A stretch of DNA of 64,000 nt from Macrostomum lignano. Taxonomy: Eukaryota. Below, piece after piece: positions 62,222 through 64,000 of this stretch. The stretch covers positions 91,898-155,897 of the forward strand of contig NIVC01001196.1 of assembly GCA_002269645.1 (NCBI GenBank). The letters are read 5' to 3'. How positions within the stretch are numbered: position 1 is the first letter of the stretch; each line of letters opens with the position of its first letter. Made by a program: the position numbers and the translations under genes. The notes under the pieces were generated by a model that saw nothing but the letters and a program-made list of their open reading frames with translations, was not told the origin of the DNA and did no database searches.

Positions 62222-62602
62222 GGGTCCATGAGAATTGCCCGCAGACGAATTGCCCGCCGAGCTTTTCCCGCCGAGGTTTGCCCGCAATGCTTTTTTCCTG
62301 CAGTGCCTTTGGCCACGGCAGATTTTGTCTGCATTGCCTCCCCAATGCTTAGTAAGTCTTAATAAAGAGATTTAACCGATCAAACGTTTTGATAGTAACT
62401 GCATATCAAATGCATATTTTTTGGGGGGGGCAATGCAGACAGAATCTAGCTGCCAAGCGCTGCAGTAAAAAAGCATTGCGGGCAAACCTCGGCGGGAAAA
62501 AACTCGGCGGGCAACTCGCTCGTGGGCAATTCACTCGCGGGCAAATTGCACTGCGGGCAAATCTCGGCGGGCAATTCGTCTGCGGGCATTTCTCGTGCTC
62601 CC
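62222..62602. mobile_element. Mutator-like MITE (381 bp)
   Basis: About 40-bp TIRs GGG...gagaa(t/a)tgcccgcagacgaattgcccgccgag; 9-bp TSD GTTCAATCA (62213-62221, 62603-62611). Confidence 0.85.
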
Positions 62603-63559
62603 GTTCAATCAGCTAATAAATTTTAGAATCTAAAAAGATCGTAAAAGCAACAAGAAAAACCACCAAATTCAAAAGCAACAAAACTGCAAGACGCGTAGAA
62701 AAACAATGAAACTTTGAAACAGACGGTAAATACGTCAAATATCTGTTCGACCGATTAAAAATATTGATTCAGTATTTGTGCCGCAACTGCGCTGTCAATC
62801 ACACACATGTATAATTCCTTGAATAAAAAGACAAACTTTCGAATCGAGGAAGCAGTGGCCAAGCAAAGTAAGCATTTTCGCTGATTGAAGAAAGCTTCTC
62901 TTGACTGCTTCTGAGTCCAACTTGCATTTTTGCATAGATTGTTTTTAATGTGCTATTTAGGGGACATCGGCCACAGTGTATACTGTATCTTCTTCATAAA
63001 CCTGAAATAATTAAAGAAACATGAAAGGTGAGAATCAATTTGAAGACCTCACTAAAATACCAATGGTATTTAAATCCAGAAAAAATATTTTTTTTAAAAA
63101 TTACCGCTAAGTGCTCAGATACTCCTTCCGATCTCCTAGGTTCCTGAGGGTTGGTCAGCTGTAACAAAATTTCATTAACTTTTGAATCGTTAAACTGCTT
63201 AATATCGAGATAACAAACAAGTTAGCAACCAACCTCAAGATGATAAGATGACTTTACATCAGTAACAAACGAAACTCGTAACCTTTCACCAGGCGTCTTA
63301 GCGAGAGTAGAGGCCTTTAGACGAAAAAAACAGTGAAAGTTGTATGGCTGGTGAACAAACTACTCAGAAATTTCCATTTGTTTTAATTTACTGATACCAG
63401 TTCCTACCTCAGCAGGTTGATCAACGGGGCGTCTTGGAAGCGGAGGTGCTAGAGCCTAGGGAACATTGGAAAAAAATTAAATGGTTTTTTTGTTCAGTCT
63501 GAATGATTTTGAGTTCATAACCTGAATGGCCTATTACATGTACGCTAGTTTATGTGCTC

Positions 63560-63800
63560 GAATGGAATTTATGACTCAGATTGTCAAATGCTAAGAGAGA
63601 ACTTCTCAGGAGTTAAAATGCTCAGAGGGAATTTCTCAGATGGTCGAGTGCTCATAGGGGATTTCTCAGATAAACAAGTGCTCAGAAGGGAATTCTTAGA
63701 TTTTCAAGTACTCATAGGGATTTTTCATGTGTTCAAGTGCTCATAGAGGGAATTCAACAGCTGGTCTAGAGCTCATAGGAACTTCTCAGGTGGTGGTAAA
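63560..63800. repeat. Diverged about 30-bp tandem repeat related to the Helitron satellite, opposite strand
   Basis: Reverse complement atctgagaaattccctctgagca resembles atctcagcaattccccatgagcc. Confidence 0.55.
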
Positions 63801-64000
63801 GTGCTCAATTTGAATTTCCCTGTTTGCCCTAGGTGAAAATATAAAAACTTCAAACAGGGTCTTGAGATTTCTTGATTGTTTCTCAGTAAATACTATAATT
63901 TTATTATTAAACTGAAGCAAATTCAGCTCGCAGTGCAAGCTTACGTCACCGGAGACCTGGGAATTGGCTTCGGGTTCCTCGGTGAGCCAGTCTGAAGTCG

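Overview
Eukaryotic, intron-containing, TE-rich genomic DNA, probably from an invertebrate (inferred from gene and TE content; the species cannot be identified). 1-10 kb holds a spliced P-element/THAP9-type transposase, a BEL/Pao integrase scrap and a defective Ty3/Gypsy element. The Gypsy copy has a tRNA-Leu PBS, a PPT and a canonical G-GGA-AAC -1 frameshift site with a downstream stem-loop. 10-30 kb is a head-to-tail array of non-autonomous Helitron units (minus strand; hairpin+CTAG 3' ends joined to TC 5' ends). The units carry internal satellites and a 72-nt tRNA-like Pol III module, and one carries a very recent 1.7-kb non-coding LTR element (TRIM-like, apparently identical 316-bp LTRs, 5-bp TSD). 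30-61 kb holds two paralogous minus-strand multi-CUB genes with a small 2xEGF transmembrane gene between them. The right paralog has the full receptor layout (signal peptide, 9 CUB, 4 Ser/Thr repeat exons, TM, Tyr-rich tail) but its CUB2 exon is frameshifted. The left paralog is in frame but only 4 CUB exons are visible, and one intron is expanded by a Polinton minor-capsid pseudogene, a THAP fragment and MITEs. Exon boundaries were read by hand and domain calls rest on motif recognition, not database searches.
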